From Candidatus Poribacteria bacterium (GTDB lineage Bacteria > Poribacteria > WGA-4E > PCPOR2b), in assembly GCA_965198175.1 (NCBI GenBank), contig OZ240245.1:160001-224000 (forward strand): a stretch of DNA of 64,000 bases. Reading direction: 5' to 3'. How positions within the stretch are numbered: position 1 is the first letter of the stretch; each line of letters opens with the position of its first letter. The notes beneath the pieces are model-generated. The model ran no database searches, had not been told where the DNA came from, and worked only from the letters and a program-made list of their open reading frames with translations. Positions 29,422 to 39,926 of this stretch are shown here, in pieces. Both the position numbers and the translations under genes were made by a program.

Positions 29422-30198
29422 TCAAGTTATCATGCCTTCCCAGGGGCTTGATGCGGACGCATAGAGCTTTCTTGGGATGCGCCCAGCTAAAAACGCCAGA
29501 TGTCCAGCTTCAATCGCTTTCCTCATGGCTTCTGCCATCAACACTGGATGACGCGCCTTGGCAACTGCGGTATTGAGCAAAACGCCATCGCATCCGAGCT
29601 CCATTGCAACGGTTGCATCCGAGGCAATTCCCACGCCGGCATCGACGATGAGGGGAAGGCTAACCCTGTCGCGAATGATCTGGATGTTGTAGGGGTTGCG
29701 AATCCCCATTCCTGAACCGATAGGCGCCCCCAAAGGCATGACAGCCGCACATCCCAGGTCCTCGAGTTTCTTGCAGGTGATTGGATCGTCGTTACAGTAC
29801 GGCAGCACAGTGAATCCGTCTTTGACCAACGTTGCGGCTGCGGATAGCAATTGTTCAACATCGGGAAACAGCGTCTGTTCGTCACCGATGACTTCCAACT
29901 TGATGAGATTCGTTTCGAGCGCTTCCCGTGTTAATTGAGCGGTCAGTATCGCCTCCTTTGCTGTATAACAGCCCGCAGTGTTCGGCAAGATAGTATATCC
30001 GCACTTGTGAAGCATATTAAACAGATTCTCTTCGGCGCCTGATAACTTCACCCGCCGGAGGGCAACTGTGACCATTTCTACACCAGCTATTTCAAGTGCG
30101 CGAAGCATCACATCGAAATTTGGGTAACCCGAAGTCCCCATGATTAATCGGGATTGATAAACGGTGTCGCCAATTTTGAGTCCATTCATCTCTTGCAT
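29422..30198 (-). CDS. thiG: Thiazole synthase
   Basis: [36 protein letters not shown]. Confidence 0.97.
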   Translation of the reverse strand: MQEMNGLKIGDTVYQSRLIMGTSGYPNFDVMLRALEIAGVEMVTVALRRVKLSGAEENLFNMLHKCGYTILPNTAGCYTAKEAILTAQLTREALETNLIKLEVIGDEQTLFPDVEQLLSAAATLVKDGFTVLPYCNDDPITCKKLEDLGCAAVMPLGAPIGSGMGIRNPYNIQIIRDRVSLPLIVDAGVGIASDATVAMELGCDGVLLNTAVAKARHPVLMAEAMRKAIEAGHLAFLAGRIPRKLYASASSPWEGMIT

Positions 30199-30345
30199 CT
30201 TGTACAGATCCCTGAGCGCATTCACGCAACGATAGATAGCGCATTTTCAGAAAGTGGGCAACCTCCACAAGTCTGTCAAAGCAGACCACGATTGGATACA
30301 ATCAAACAAACTGATAAAAGAGGGTAGCGTCTCATCATCAAATAG

Positions 30346-30957
30346 TTAGAAGTTTCTTAGAAAGAAGAACATGCCAATTGCAAAGATTACCGTGATCGCT
30401 CCCATCACCAAATTAAAAACACAGGAAATCATATTTGTAGGTACGGACGAAATGCGGAAATACTCGTTCATCGCATTGACAACTTCTCTGAGCACAGGTT
30501 GGTGCGCGCGTTGTTTAACCTTGATAATGCCCGTTCCCATCCACGACTGAACAGACACTTGCAGGTCGGCTTCAACAGATGTAAGCCGTATTACGGAGAG
30601 ACTCTCTTCGTAGGAGAACTCTAGTTTCTGGAGAGCCGCTAGCAGCGCCTCACGAAACGACGTATCTGTAACGCCGTACGCCGTGTAACCCTTTAGTTGA
30701 TAGTACATCATTAGAAGAAGAGGCCCAATTATAAGAGGGGTTACCCAATTTATGGGGTTGAAACTGCTTGGTAACGATAACGAGAAGTTCAGTAGAATTA
30801 TTGGAATGAAAACAACGAACAAAATCGACAGCCACCATCTATTTGAAATTAAGAAAGGCCGCTTTGTCAAGATGCCCCGAAGCCCAGTGGTCGAGGAGAA
30901 TATTGCCATAATTCCAAGCAGTATTGGAAACATCAGGTCGTAGAAATCTAGTTGCAT
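30346..30957 (-). CDS. Membrane protein, tandem copy 2
   Basis: About four hydrophobic segments; near-identical to 31027-31650. Confidence 0.8.
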   Translation of the reverse strand: MQLDFYDLMFPILLGIMAIFSSTTGLRGILTKRPFLISNRWWLSILFVVFIPIILLNFSLSLPSSFNPINWVTPLIIGPLLLMMYYQLKGYTAYGVTDTSFREALLAALQKLEFSYEESLSVIRLTSVEADLQVSVQSWMGTGIIKVKQRAHQPVLREVVNAMNEYFRISSVPTNMISCVFNLVMGAITVIFAIGMFFFLRNF

Positions 30958-31026
30958 GTTCTTTCTTATCCTCTCTCCAAAACGCCAAACACAATGAAAG
31001 AACGGAAGCGTTTCGGCATCAAATAG

Positions 31027-31650
31027 TCAGAAATTGCTTCGAAGGAAGAACATGCCAATTGCGAGGATAACTACAATCGCTCCCATCACCAAATCAAAAA
31101 CACAGGAAATCATATTTGTAGGTAGGGACGAAATGCGGAAATACTCGTTCATCGCATTGACAACTTCTCTGAGCACAGGTTGGTGCGCGCGTTGTTTAAC
31201 CTTGATAATGCCCGTTCCCATCCACGACTGAACAGACACTTGCAGGTCGGCTTCAACAGATGTAAGCCGTATTACGGAGAGACTCTCTTCGTAGGAGAAC
31301 TCTAGTTTCTGGAGAGCCGCTAGCAGCGCCTCACGAAACGACGTATCTGTAACGCCGTACGCCGTGTAACCCTTTAGTTGATAGTACATCATTAGAAGAA
31401 GAGGCCCAATTATAAGAGGGGCTACCCAATTTATGGGGTTGAAACTGCTTGGTAACGATAACGAGAAGTTCAGTAGAATTATTGGAATGAAAACAACGAA
31501 CAAAATCGACAGCCACCATCTATTTGAAATTAAGAAAGGCCGCTTTGTCAAGATGCCCCGAAGCCCAGTGGTCAAGGAGAAGATTGCCATAATTCCAAGC
31601 AGAACAGGCAACATAATTGAAATCATCAGGTCGTAATATTCAGGCTTCAT
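31027..31650 (-). CDS. Membrane protein, tandem copy 1
   Basis: AGGAG SD before MKPEYYD; 681-bp offset from the neighbouring copy. Confidence 0.8.
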   Translation of the reverse strand: MKPEYYDLMISIMLPVLLGIMAIFSLTTGLRGILTKRPFLISNRWWLSILFVVFIPIILLNFSLSLPSSFNPINWVAPLIIGPLLLMMYYQLKGYTAYGVTDTSFREALLAALQKLEFSYEESLSVIRLTSVEADLQVSVQSWMGTGIIKVKQRAHQPVLREVVNAMNEYFRISSLPTNMISCVFDLVMGAIVVILAIGMFFLRSNF

Positions 31651-31721
31651 GTTCTTTTCCTCCTTGCAACCAAATACAGTTGCGACGGGGGGTTCCGATA
31701 AAGGTTTCCAACGCCCGTCCA

Positions 31722-31955
31722 TCAATCGGAACGGCGGGTTAGATGCTTCGCATCATCCATTACTTTTAATACGAATCGCAAAGCTTCATTCACAGCTTCG
31801 TCATTGGGAAAAGCGGCGGCAACATCTGGAGCGAGACGGACAATGTTTGTACCGGCGGCATATTGCTGAGCATATTTCCCACGAATCCCATCTTTCAACA
31901 ATGTTTCGTCGTACTCGGTACGTAATTCGTCATTAGGTGCGGTTATGTCAGCCAT
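31722..31955 (-). CDS. BrnA-type antitoxin
   Basis: DELRTEYD...GIRGKY...LAPDVAAAFPNDEAVNEALR; overlaps the brnT stop. Confidence 0.85.
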   Translation of the reverse strand: MADITAPNDELRTEYDETLLKDGIRGKYAQQYAAGTNIVRLAPDVAAAFPNDEAVNEALRFVLKVMDDAKHLTRRSD

Positions 31956-32220
31956 TTTCGTATATTCTCCTTTCTCGACGCTTGGCTTCGCGGGCACTGA
32001 TGATTCGGATTCGTTGTGTGCGATCTGCGTGGGAGATAATGAGCAAGCGTTTTCGCGTTGACTCACCAATCGTAATATATCGGGATTCATCATCCGAATG
32101 ATCCGGGTCCGGAAATGTAAGTGACAATGGGTCGCCAAATGCAGTTGACGCTTCATGAAAAGACACATTATGCTTAGCGAGATTACTTACTGCTTTGTTA
32201 GGATGCCACTCAAATTCCAT
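31948..32220 (-). CDS. brnT: BrnT family ribonuclease toxin (DUF497)
   Basis: MEFEW...K...NLAKH.VSF...RIRIISAR. Confidence 0.93.
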   Translation of the reverse strand: MEFEWHPNKAVSNLAKHNVSFHEASTAFGDPLSLTFPDPDHSDDESRYITIGESTRKRLLIISHADRTQRIRIISAREAKRRERRIYENG

Positions 32221-32452
32221 GTTTACGACTCAGAAAACTCGCTGTCAACCGTGGCTACTTGTTAAACGCGTACCCTCTTCCCAGGGTGGGCAGAGATGTA
32301 CGCAGGGATTTTATTAGTGGTAACCAATTTGCGTAAGCGCTCAATAAGAATGACATTTACTAGTGTTTCATATTGGTACACCTTGGACATGGGAACGCTG
32401 CATGAGTTCTTCGACAACCTTAAGACAGCGTTGAAGTTCCATTTCGGATTAC

Positions 32453-33043
32453 CTATAATTTTTTCATGACTGTCAAGCCATCACTCCCATCAGGGTTCAG
32501 TACAAGTGTATCCTCTGTCCGCTCCCATGTGCCTGTTTCCACCTCATCAAATGTTTCGGTTGTGTAAGCGGAGCCAATCACAGAGTAGTTACCCGGTATC
32601 CGATCCGTGCCGACAAGCACTCCCAGAATATCTTCCACCTGCAGTTGCAGCCGGATAACAATTTCTAATTCCATGATTCCAGCCCCGTGAAACGAGTAAG
32701 AGATGGAGCCATCATAACCAGTAACACCTTCCCCAGACCAAAACGCTGCTATAGCCTGCTCTCGGAGATTTCCCTCCAGAACCGAACCGTCAGCGTCGAG
32801 AAAAGTCCAGTCCTCATCGTCATAATCATCGTATTCGGCAAGCGTCTCTAGCAAACTGAGTCCCTGATAGCTTTCAAGTGCCCAGGTGCCAATCCACTCA
32901 TTATCTTCAGGTTCAATCGGTTCCGGATCTATAATTTCTGCAACCAACGCCTCAAAATTATCGCAGCCGATGAATCCGAAAAGTCCACAAATTCCAATAA
33001 CCCCTAAAAACAGATTCATAACAACTTGTCTAAACATTTTCAT
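32453..33043 (-). CDS. Acidic lipoprotein with lipocalin-like domain
   Basis: FIGC lipobox; IGTW and GTWE...TLVL motifs. Confidence 0.7.
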   Translation of the reverse strand: MKMFRQVVMNLFLGVIGICGLFGFIGCDNFEALVAEIIDPEPIEPEDNEWIGTWALESYQGLSLLETLAEYDDYDDEDWTFLDADGSVLEGNLREQAIAAFWSGEGVTGYDGSISYSFHGAGIMELEIVIRLQLQVEDILGVLVGTDRIPGNYSVIGSAYTTETFDEVETGTWERTEDTLVLNPDGSDGLTVMKKL

Positions 33044-33171
33044 GTCCTCTTCTTCTTAGTATATTTGGTTGGTTTATTTTTAGAGAAAGTGCAAAACACA
33101 CACTACGCATAGTTAGCGCCAGTTTGCTGTCCGTCCATAAAGACGATAGCGATTGCGCCCTTGACGGTGGG

Positions 33172-33339
33172 CTAAATGTATCGGAGTGGTGGTTCAAAGT
33201 GCAGTTCCAGTGCTTCTCCTAGATTGACCAACGCCTCTTCTTCGCTTTCACCTTGACTCGCAATATCAACTTCTAAACATTGGGCAATAAACCAGCCATC
33301 TTCTTGCCATATACTCGCCGTAAACGTGTGAGTCTTCAT
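33172..33339 (-). CDS. Orphan HicB-like antitoxin (short)
   Basis: QEDGWFIAQCLEVDIASQGESEEEALVNLGEALELHF. Confidence 0.8.
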   Translation of the reverse strand: MKTHTFTASIWQEDGWFIAQCLEVDIASQGESEEEALVNLGEALELHFEPPLRYI

Positions 33340-33371
33340 GTTATATTCGATTCCTTCGCTCCCCAAACGCA

Positions 33372-34187
33372 CTACATGTCAGATTCTTCAATCTTATTAT
33401 AAACGTCGCTGCCCATGTTAACCATTTTCTCGCGAATCTCGCGCCAATCGTCCCGAATTTTCTTCCCTTTATCAAGAACAGGGAATATAATCGATACGGG
33501 CGTCTCTTTACACTTGAATTCATATTCCGATTCCCGAAATAGCGCCACGATTTCGTTCCGGCGCTCCAATCCGTTCTCCTCCGGGAACCTTAGTTGAATA
33601 TCGCAGTGGTCATTAAGAAGGTGGAGAATCAGTTGTACGCCCTTAACGCTCTTTGTAACCCAATGTTCGATCTTGCGAGGGATAGGTTTACGGGCGAATA
33701 GTCCATTCCCGTCGCGAATCGGCTCCCAGAATTCGCTGTGTTCTGCGCCGGCTTTCTTCTCGGCTTGGATATCTACTGACGGTTTAACAACATGGTGAAA
33801 GGAAAGTTCATGGTGTTCATTTGCTTGTGCTTCAATGAGATACCATCCGATTTCGCTATCTTGATTTCGCAGGTCGCAAGTGGCCTTCATAAGGTCTTCA
33901 AAATCCTCAGCAACCAATGCAGCAACTGTAGCCTGCTTTAATCGCGCGTAGGCTTCAAGCCTGCCCCAATGATCCCAATCTGCTTTGCCAAACTGGTTCT
34001 CAATTACGAGTGTGCCATCCTCACCTTTAGCAACAATATCTGCCTCGCGCGTACCGACCCTAGATTCCGTCTCCGCATCTTCAAAGTTACCGACTTCAAG
34101 AGCATCGAGCTCAGTGGAGAGGTCTTCCGAGAAATCCTCTTCTCGTCCGTAGATGCCTGAGAGCGGTATTGACTGTTGAAGGTTCAT
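33372..34187 (-). CDS. PD-(D/E)xK-like nuclease-fold protein with DUF4268-like C-terminus
   Basis: E..VG..ADIVA...VIENQFGKADWDHWG. Confidence 0.7.
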   Translation of the reverse strand: MNLQQSIPLSGIYGREEDFSEDLSTELDALEVGNFEDAETESRVGTREADIVAKGEDGTLVIENQFGKADWDHWGRLEAYARLKQATVAALVAEDFEDLMKATCDLRNQDSEIGWYLIEAQANEHHELSFHHVVKPSVDIQAEKKAGAEHSEFWEPIRDGNGLFARKPIPRKIEHWVTKSVKGVQLILHLLNDHCDIQLRFPEENGLERRNEIVALFRESEYEFKCKETPVSIIFPVLDKGKKIRDDWREIREKMVNMGSDVYNKIEESDM

Positions 34188-34270
34188 TTGATTATGATTC
34201 TTCTATTGGGGATGTTCCGGTTGAAACCACCGGGGAAATGTTAAAACCTAAGTCAAGCGACTTGTTCACA

Positions 34271-37200
34271 TCAAAAATCCAGACTCACACCCATCATAAC
34301 CAAGCGCGGCGTACTCCACGAGAGCGGACTCGAATGCTTCTTATTGTTGAGCGGGATACCGTACCGGTCGTATGTGATCGGATCAATCAGGTCATCCAAA
34401 TTTTTAGTGTTGAAGATGTTCCGAATGTCCGCAAAGACGGTGTACGTCATCCCGGAAAGAGCGATTCGCTTGCTAAGAAGCACGTCAACATTGTAAGTTG
34501 GCGGGTAGCGGTTCGAGTTCACGTCAGGTTTGATCGGCGCGTTAGGGTTTGGCGTGAAAGGCAAGCCGCTAGCGTACCTGCCAATGAGGTTGACCGCAGC
34601 ATTGAGCGGCAATTGAATACCCAGTGTTCCGGAGACAATGTGCCGCTGGTCCCAGTCTAAGGGATGACTTTCAGTCACTTCAGGTTGTGCCCGATAATAG
34701 GTCAGGTAGCCCAGATTTCGGCTGGAGCCTTTCCCTTTCGCGACGGAATACGTATAGCTGAACATCCCGGAAACTCGACTCTGCCCCGTGCCCCACTTGC
34801 GAGCTGTGAACTCAAATCCTTGAACCCTTCCGTAAATGTCATTGATAAAATAGCTGTAATCGTTTGTAATGTCGACATGCACACTACTCACAAGGTCGTC
34901 GATATCCTTCGTAAACCCAGTCAGGTCAACGGTTAAGTCATCGGTGAGTTGCTGCGCCACTCCGACTTCGTAGGCGATTGTTTTCTCCGGTTCGAGATCG
35001 GGATTCCCCCTTCTGCGAATGGCGCCCCGCATATCAAAGTAAAGATTTTCGTAGAGATCGTCGCCCCGCGGAATCTGGTAGTAATGCCCGTAAGTAAAGT
35101 GCAACTTCGCCCGATCTGTAATCGGAAACGACATACCGAGGCGTGGGGCGAGCGTCTGTTTAACCGAAGCCTCAGCCGGATTCTTGATGATGGGTAACCC
35201 GACTTTGTAGACGCTTTTATCTAGCTTGATTGTTCCATCTTCGTTGAGTTCAAGCGGATCCAAGGAATCGGAGGGTGAGATTCCATCTGGACTATACAGA
35301 TCATACCGCAATCCCGCATTGACAATCATTCCGGCATACTCCATCTTGTCTTGCGCATATACACTCATGGAGCTAGGCGTCACGTCATAGAACTCCATAT
35401 AGAGGTTTGAACTCCCATAATTTGTCGCTCCGAGATTATAGAGATCGTGCGCCGTAAATCCAACACCTGTCTGGATTTGGTGATTTTCCGTAACTTGGCT
35501 GGAAAAATCCGCTTTCAGTATTGATGTCGTCGAATTACGAGTCGTCCAAGCATTTTCATCACCCGCAATGAAGTAGTTTGTATCGTTGTACGCTTGCTGG
35601 GTCGGGTTTCTAATCCTTCCCTCTTCCTCATTTTCTTCAACAGATTTTTCGGAGTCCCAAGCGTTTTCATCAAACGTTTTGTCCAACGGATCCCACAATT
35701 TCCCCGGTTGATGGCTCTCATAGGAACGATGGAATTGCCCAACCGTCAGCGTGTAGAAGGTGCCTGAGTTGAGATTGTGTGAAAGTTGAACGGACATGCT
35801 CCGCCCATCCCGATTCACCACTGGGATCGCGCTGGGTAAAAAGCGTAGGGCACCGCCATAGGAGTCGGATTCACGTTGATCGAACAACCCACTTGCCGTG
35901 AGTTTAATCTCGGGTGTTACTTCAAACTTGAGTTTGCCCTGAAACGTGTATCCCCTTGCGCTATTATTGGGCAGGTAGCTTTCATCACGCCGCAACTGGC
36001 TGGCGGCGGAAAATGTCAAGCGATTGCCCCATATCGGTCCGCTGAGCGCGAATTCCCCAATATGAGTGGGACGCAAATCGTAGTTTTTCGTCTTGTTGAA
36101 CAACCCACTGTACTGGTCCAAATCCACGATGTAGCCGTCTAACAGTGTCACCTGTTTTTTCTCATAGTCAATAACGGTGCCATCCGCGTCCTGAAAAGGT
36201 TGGCGTGCCATAATGACTTTGCCCGTATCGAGGTTTACTTTGGGTTCACCCGTTTCCGGATCGATAACCGGAAGAAGCGGATTTTTCGTCATGTCCGCAT
36301 AAACACCGGGGAGAATCTCCGTGAATTCTACCTTTGCATCGCCCTCTCGCTCTGCCAACTCGGTAACGGTAATGCCTTCCCCACGATAAGGCGTTTGATA
36401 ATTGTAGGGTTTACCGAGGAAGATGCCTCTGAATGGTTCAAGTGCCACTGGTCGAAAGCCGTTGTCCGGATCGAGCCAAGGACCGTACAGCGGGTCGCCG
36501 TGGTGCTCTCCCCACTGCCCAACGCGATACCGGATTCGACCAGAAAATTTTTGGGTGCCGGCTTTCGTGATGAGATTAATCACGCCGGATTGCGCATCAC
36601 CGTGTTCCGCATTGAATCCACCCGTGATGACTTCCATCTGTTCGATTGCATTCGCGCTGACCTGCACACCCAAGCCTCTGCCAATTGGATCATTAATCGG
36701 GATGCCGTCAATCAGATATTTAATCTCCATCGAACGACCACCACGAATGTGGAGCGTGCCGGTTGCGTTATCCACCGCGACGCCAGCCTGCGTTTCGAGA
36801 ATCCCATTCACGGTGTCACGGGGCATGGCGGCGATATCCTCTGCTTCAATAATCCTCGTGCTTTGCGTAACATCCCGCTTAATCAGCGGTTTAGTTGCTG
36901 TCACCTCTATCTCTTCGAGGGTGATAATCTCAGCAGCATCCAGCGCGAAGTTTAAGGTTGTGGTGAGTCCGGCGAACACCTTCGCACCCATCACAGTCTC
37001 CGAAGCGTAGCCAGTGAGTTCGGCTCTTACATCATAACCTCCCGGTGGGATGTTCGTCATGACAAAATAGCCGTCGTCATTTGTGGTCGCGGTACTGCTT
37101 GTCCCGATAATTTTTACTGTGACATTCGCGAGCGGTGCACTCGCCGCTTCATCGGTGATTATCCCCGAAATCTTGCCGATGATGGCGGCAGAGGCACTAT

Positions 37201-37273
37201 GGATGCCTGCCTCAAGCATAAGCACCGCTATACAAGCCATAAGTATCCAGAAGAAAGGTGTCGTTTTTTTCAT
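34271..37273 (-). CDS. TonB-dependent receptor with carboxypeptidase-regulatory-like N-domain
   Basis: GKISG; HIRGGR plug; GGFNAEHG; GNPDLEPEKT; C-terminal Phe. Confidence 0.93.
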   Translation of the reverse strand: MKKTTPFFWILMACIAVLMLEAGIHSASAAIIGKISGIITDEAASAPLANVTVKIIGTSSTATTNDDGYFVMTNIPPGGYDVRAELTGYASETVMGAKVFAGLTTTLNFALDAAEIITLEEIEVTATKPLIKRDVTQSTRIIEAEDIAAMPRDTVNGILETQAGVAVDNATGTLHIRGGRSMEIKYLIDGIPINDPIGRGLGVQVSANAIEQMEVITGGFNAEHGDAQSGVINLITKAGTQKFSGRIRYRVGQWGEHHGDPLYGPWLDPDNGFRPVALEPFRGIFLGKPYNYQTPYRGEGITVTELAEREGDAKVEFTEILPGVYADMTKNPLLPVIDPETGEPKVNLDTGKVIMARQPFQDADGTVIDYEKKQVTLLDGYIVDLDQYSGLFNKTKNYDLRPTHIGEFALSGPIWGNRLTFSAASQLRRDESYLPNNSARGYTFQGKLKFEVTPEIKLTASGLFDQRESDSYGGALRFLPSAIPVVNRDGRSMSVQLSHNLNSGTFYTLTVGQFHRSYESHQPGKLWDPLDKTFDENAWDSEKSVEENEEEGRIRNPTQQAYNDTNYFIAGDENAWTTRNSTTSILKADFSSQVTENHQIQTGVGFTAHDLYNLGATNYGSSNLYMEFYDVTPSSMSVYAQDKMEYAGMIVNAGLRYDLYSPDGISPSDSLDPLELNEDGTIKLDKSVYKVGLPIIKNPAEASVKQTLAPRLGMSFPITDRAKLHFTYGHYYQIPRGDDLYENLYFDMRGAIRRRGNPDLEPEKTIAYEVGVAQQLTDDLTVDLTGFTKDIDDLVSSVHVDITNDYSYFINDIYGRVQGFEFTARKWGTGQSRVSGMFSYTYSVAKGKGSSRNLGYLTYYRAQPEVTESHPLDWDQRHIVSGTLGIQLPLNAAVNLIGRYASGLPFTPNPNAPIKPDVNSNRYPPTYNVDVLLSKRIALSGMTYTVFADIRNIFNTKNLDDLIDPITYDRYGIPLNNKKHSSPLSWSTPRLVMMGVSLDF

Positions 37274-37357
37274 GGATATCTCTACTGAAAATCAAGCATC
37301 GTGGGTTTTAAAACGCAATGAGTCATGTTTAACTTGAATTTTCAATTCTTGATCCGA

Positions 37358-37909
37358 CTACTCTGCACGTCTCGTAAGAACAATAGTTCCGGTTACCCCG
37401 GTTGAACTTAGGGTGAGCGTATCTCCTGCTAAACTCCAAGTTGCTTCCTCAATGGAAATTGGGCTTCGCTCTACCGTGTAATTTAGCGAATCCCAGACAT
37501 CTTTAGGTTCAAGTATTACATTTTCTTCTTCTGCAACGAATGACAACATCGAACCCGATAGAGTATACTTCCCGTTAGTGGTAAACGTCTGCCTGAGCGT
37601 GACGAGAACGCCATCACGTTTATTGACGAGCGACTCAAATCCAAGATTGAGAGAATACGAACCATCGGCGGCAAAAACAACCTCATTCGCGGCAATCTTG
37701 GTCTCTATTCCTTGTATCTGCCCTTCTTCTTCAAAACCAAAGGCAAACGACAAAGCAAATGAAAGCAAGCTGGCAACTGAGCTAAGGGGTTGGTCACCAA
37801 TTGATACTATCTCCCACGAACCAACCAATGTTGACTCGTCTTCGTCACTGCTACCGCAACCCATCACAACCAGTAGAATTAGTCCGAACACGGGAGATTT
37901 CCGCATCAT
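37358..37909 (-). CDS. Lipoprotein with lipocalin-like domain
   Basis: VMGC lipobox; LVGSW; GKYTLSG. Confidence 0.7.
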   Translation of the reverse strand: MMRKSPVFGLILLVVMGCGSSDEDESTLVGSWEIVSIGDQPLSSVASLLSFALSFAFGFEEEGQIQGIETKIAANEVVFAADGSYSLNLGFESLVNKRDGVLVTLRQTFTTNGKYTLSGSMLSFVAEEENVILEPKDVWDSLNYTVERSPISIEEATWSLAGDTLTLSSTGVTGTIVLTRRAE

Positions 37910-38160
37910 ATCTCTTTTCCTCCATACTTGTAATTAGGTAAGGTGGTCGAAACCACGATACTTTTGTCGCCTTTCAATATGCGATAATTCTTACCTTAAA
38001 GGGCTTTCGATTACCCGCGTCTGAATCAACTCGTTCGCGTCAATTTATAACACAGTGGATTTCTTTAGCCAGCCAGCGTTTGAGTTCGTCAAAAGACAAA
38101 TCTCAAGAAGGGTATGTCCTTCCTAGTACAGCATCAGATAAGAATCGACAATATCTGTAG

Positions 38161-38190
38161 GATCAACTGAGCGAATAGCGAAGGCGATAG
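38161..38190 (+). mobile_element. 30-nt structured mini-element, full copy
   Basis: GATCAACTGAGCGAATAGCGAAGGCGATAG, directly after TGTAG. Confidence 0.8.
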
Positions 38191-38219
38191 TAAACCCGCA
38201 CGATAGTCCTGCTTAGATT

Positions 38220-38244
38220 CTCTGCCCCGATTATCGGGGCAGAG
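38220..38244. repeat. Perfect 12-bp inverted repeat downstream of BCCT (possible terminator or REP-like element)
   Basis: CTCTGCCCCGAT-T-ATCGGGGCAGAG. Confidence 0.7.
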
Positions 38245-38282
38245 ATGTCCCTCCTTCAGTAGAATAATAAAACCGGTCTAAG

Positions 38283-39866
38283 CTAGTCTGACGGTGTACT
38301 TGGGTGATTCGTCTCGAATCCACGGGATTCTTGTCGAAGCCCCATCCAGACGCAGACCGCCATACCCAATAGGACAATGGCGAACGGGAAGCCGGTTGCG
38401 AGCGAGGCTGCCTGCAACGACTTCAGACCTCCACCCAGTAGCAGCGCAATGGCGACCAACCCTTCAATCGTACACCAGAAAACACGTTGAGGTACCGGTG
38501 CATCCATTTTGCCGCCGGCCGCGATGGTGTCAATGATGAGCGAGCCGGAGTCTGACGAGGTAACGAAAAAGATGATTGTCAGAAGCATTGCGACGGAAGA
38601 AAGCAGCCTTGTCCACGGCAGTTCATCAAACATCTTGAACAGTGCAATCTCCAGTTTCCCTGCCTCAACGATCTCGGTCACGCCGGTATAGCCGTCAACA
38701 ATATGCTGGTGGAGCGCGGTACCGCCAAAGGCGCCAAACCAGAGTAAACATAACAGCGTCGGCAGGAGTAACACAAAGATCACGAACTGGCGTACCGTAC
38801 GCCCCTTTGAGATACGGGCGATGAAGGTGCCAACGAACGGTGCCCATGCTATCCACCACGCCCAATAGAACGTGGTCCACCCGTGAAAGAAGCCGGTGTC
38901 CTCCCGTCCAATCCAGTTGCTGAGTGGCACAATCTTAACAACATAGCCAACAAGCCCATTGAACATACTGCGGAAAATGTAGAGCGTTGGACCGAGAATG
39001 ATAACAGCCAACAGCAACAGAAACGCGAGAATTATGTTGAACTGGCTAAGACGCTTGATACCGACATTAATTCCCGTCATCACCGATATCAGCGCGATAG
39101 CCGTAATCACAACAATCAGCACCACCATCGTGGTGTTGTTTTCGGGAACATCAAACAGATAGTTGAGGCCCGATGTGACCTGTTTCACCCCCAATCCGAG
39201 CGAGGTCGCGAGTCCAAACAGGCCTGCGAATATGGCGAACGTATCAATGATATGGCCAGGCCAACCCCAGACGCGGTCGCCGAGCAATGGATAAAACGCC
39301 GAGCGGATGGTGAGAGGTAATCCCCGGTTGTAGGCGAAGTATCCGAGCGCAAGTCCGACGACACCGTAGATTGCCCAGCCTTGAAGTCCCCAGTGAAAGA
39401 CCGTCGCCGATATGCCGGTGACAGCGGCTTCCGCCGACCCGGCGGTAATACCGAGCGGGGGGTTCTTCAGGTAGTACATCGGCTCCGCCACGCCGAAAAA
39501 CAGCAGACCGATGCCTACGCCTGCCGCGAAGAGCATGGAAATCCAAGTTAAGTTGGAGTATTCCGGTTTCGCATCTGCTCCCCCGAGGCGCACCTTGCCG
39601 AGTGGGGAGAACGCCACAGCCAGACAAAATAGAGTGACAAGATTGGCTGTGATCATGAACAACCAATCAAGGTTCGTCGTGAGCCACGTGCGGGTGTTTC
39701 CGAAAACCTTTGTCGCACCTTCCTGAAAAACGAGTGCCCCAACGACAAAGGCGAGGATGGCGATTGCGGAAATTACGAAGACTGGCGTCAAGTAGATATC
39801 TAAACCGAATAACTTCCGGTACTCCCTGTCCTCCGGCAGTTGTGGTTGCTTTCCTTCTTCACGCAT
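38283..39866 (-). CDS. BCCT family betaine/choline/carnitine transporter
   Basis: WISMLFAAGVGIG, FHWG, WTTFYWAWWIAWAPFVGTFIARISKGRT, FFVTSSDS. Confidence 0.96.
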   Translation of the reverse strand: MREEGKQPQLPEDREYRKLFGLDIYLTPVFVISAIAILAFVVGALVFQEGATKVFGNTRTWLTTNLDWLFMITANLVTLFCLAVAFSPLGKVRLGGADAKPEYSNLTWISMLFAAGVGIGLLFFGVAEPMYYLKNPPLGITAGSAEAAVTGISATVFHWGLQGWAIYGVVGLALGYFAYNRGLPLTIRSAFYPLLGDRVWGWPGHIIDTFAIFAGLFGLATSLGLGVKQVTSGLNYLFDVPENNTTMVVLIVVITAIALISVMTGINVGIKRLSQFNIILAFLLLLAVIILGPTLYIFRSMFNGLVGYVVKIVPLSNWIGREDTGFFHGWTTFYWAWWIAWAPFVGTFIARISKGRTVRQFVIFVLLLPTLLCLLWFGAFGGTALHQHIVDGYTGVTEIVEAGKLEIALFKMFDELPWTRLLSSVAMLLTIIFFVTSSDSGSLIIDTIAAGGKMDAPVPQRVFWCTIEGLVAIALLLGGGLKSLQAASLATGFPFAIVLLGMAVCVWMGLRQESRGFETNHPSTPSD

Positions 39867-39926
39867 TGTCAATATTCTCCTTCCGGTTGGACAGACACAG
39901 AGGTCCGTCACTACAAGCGTAGACGC

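Noticed and set aside
30300..34200. Integron cassette array
   Set aside because: Small co-oriented accessory genes are present, but I found no convincing RYYYAAC...GTTRRRY attC sites and no integrase
36200..37010. Long antisense ORFs (also 13966-14547, 45810-46379, 51465-51962)
   Set aside because: Shadows of well-supported genes on the opposite strand, with no recognisable motifs
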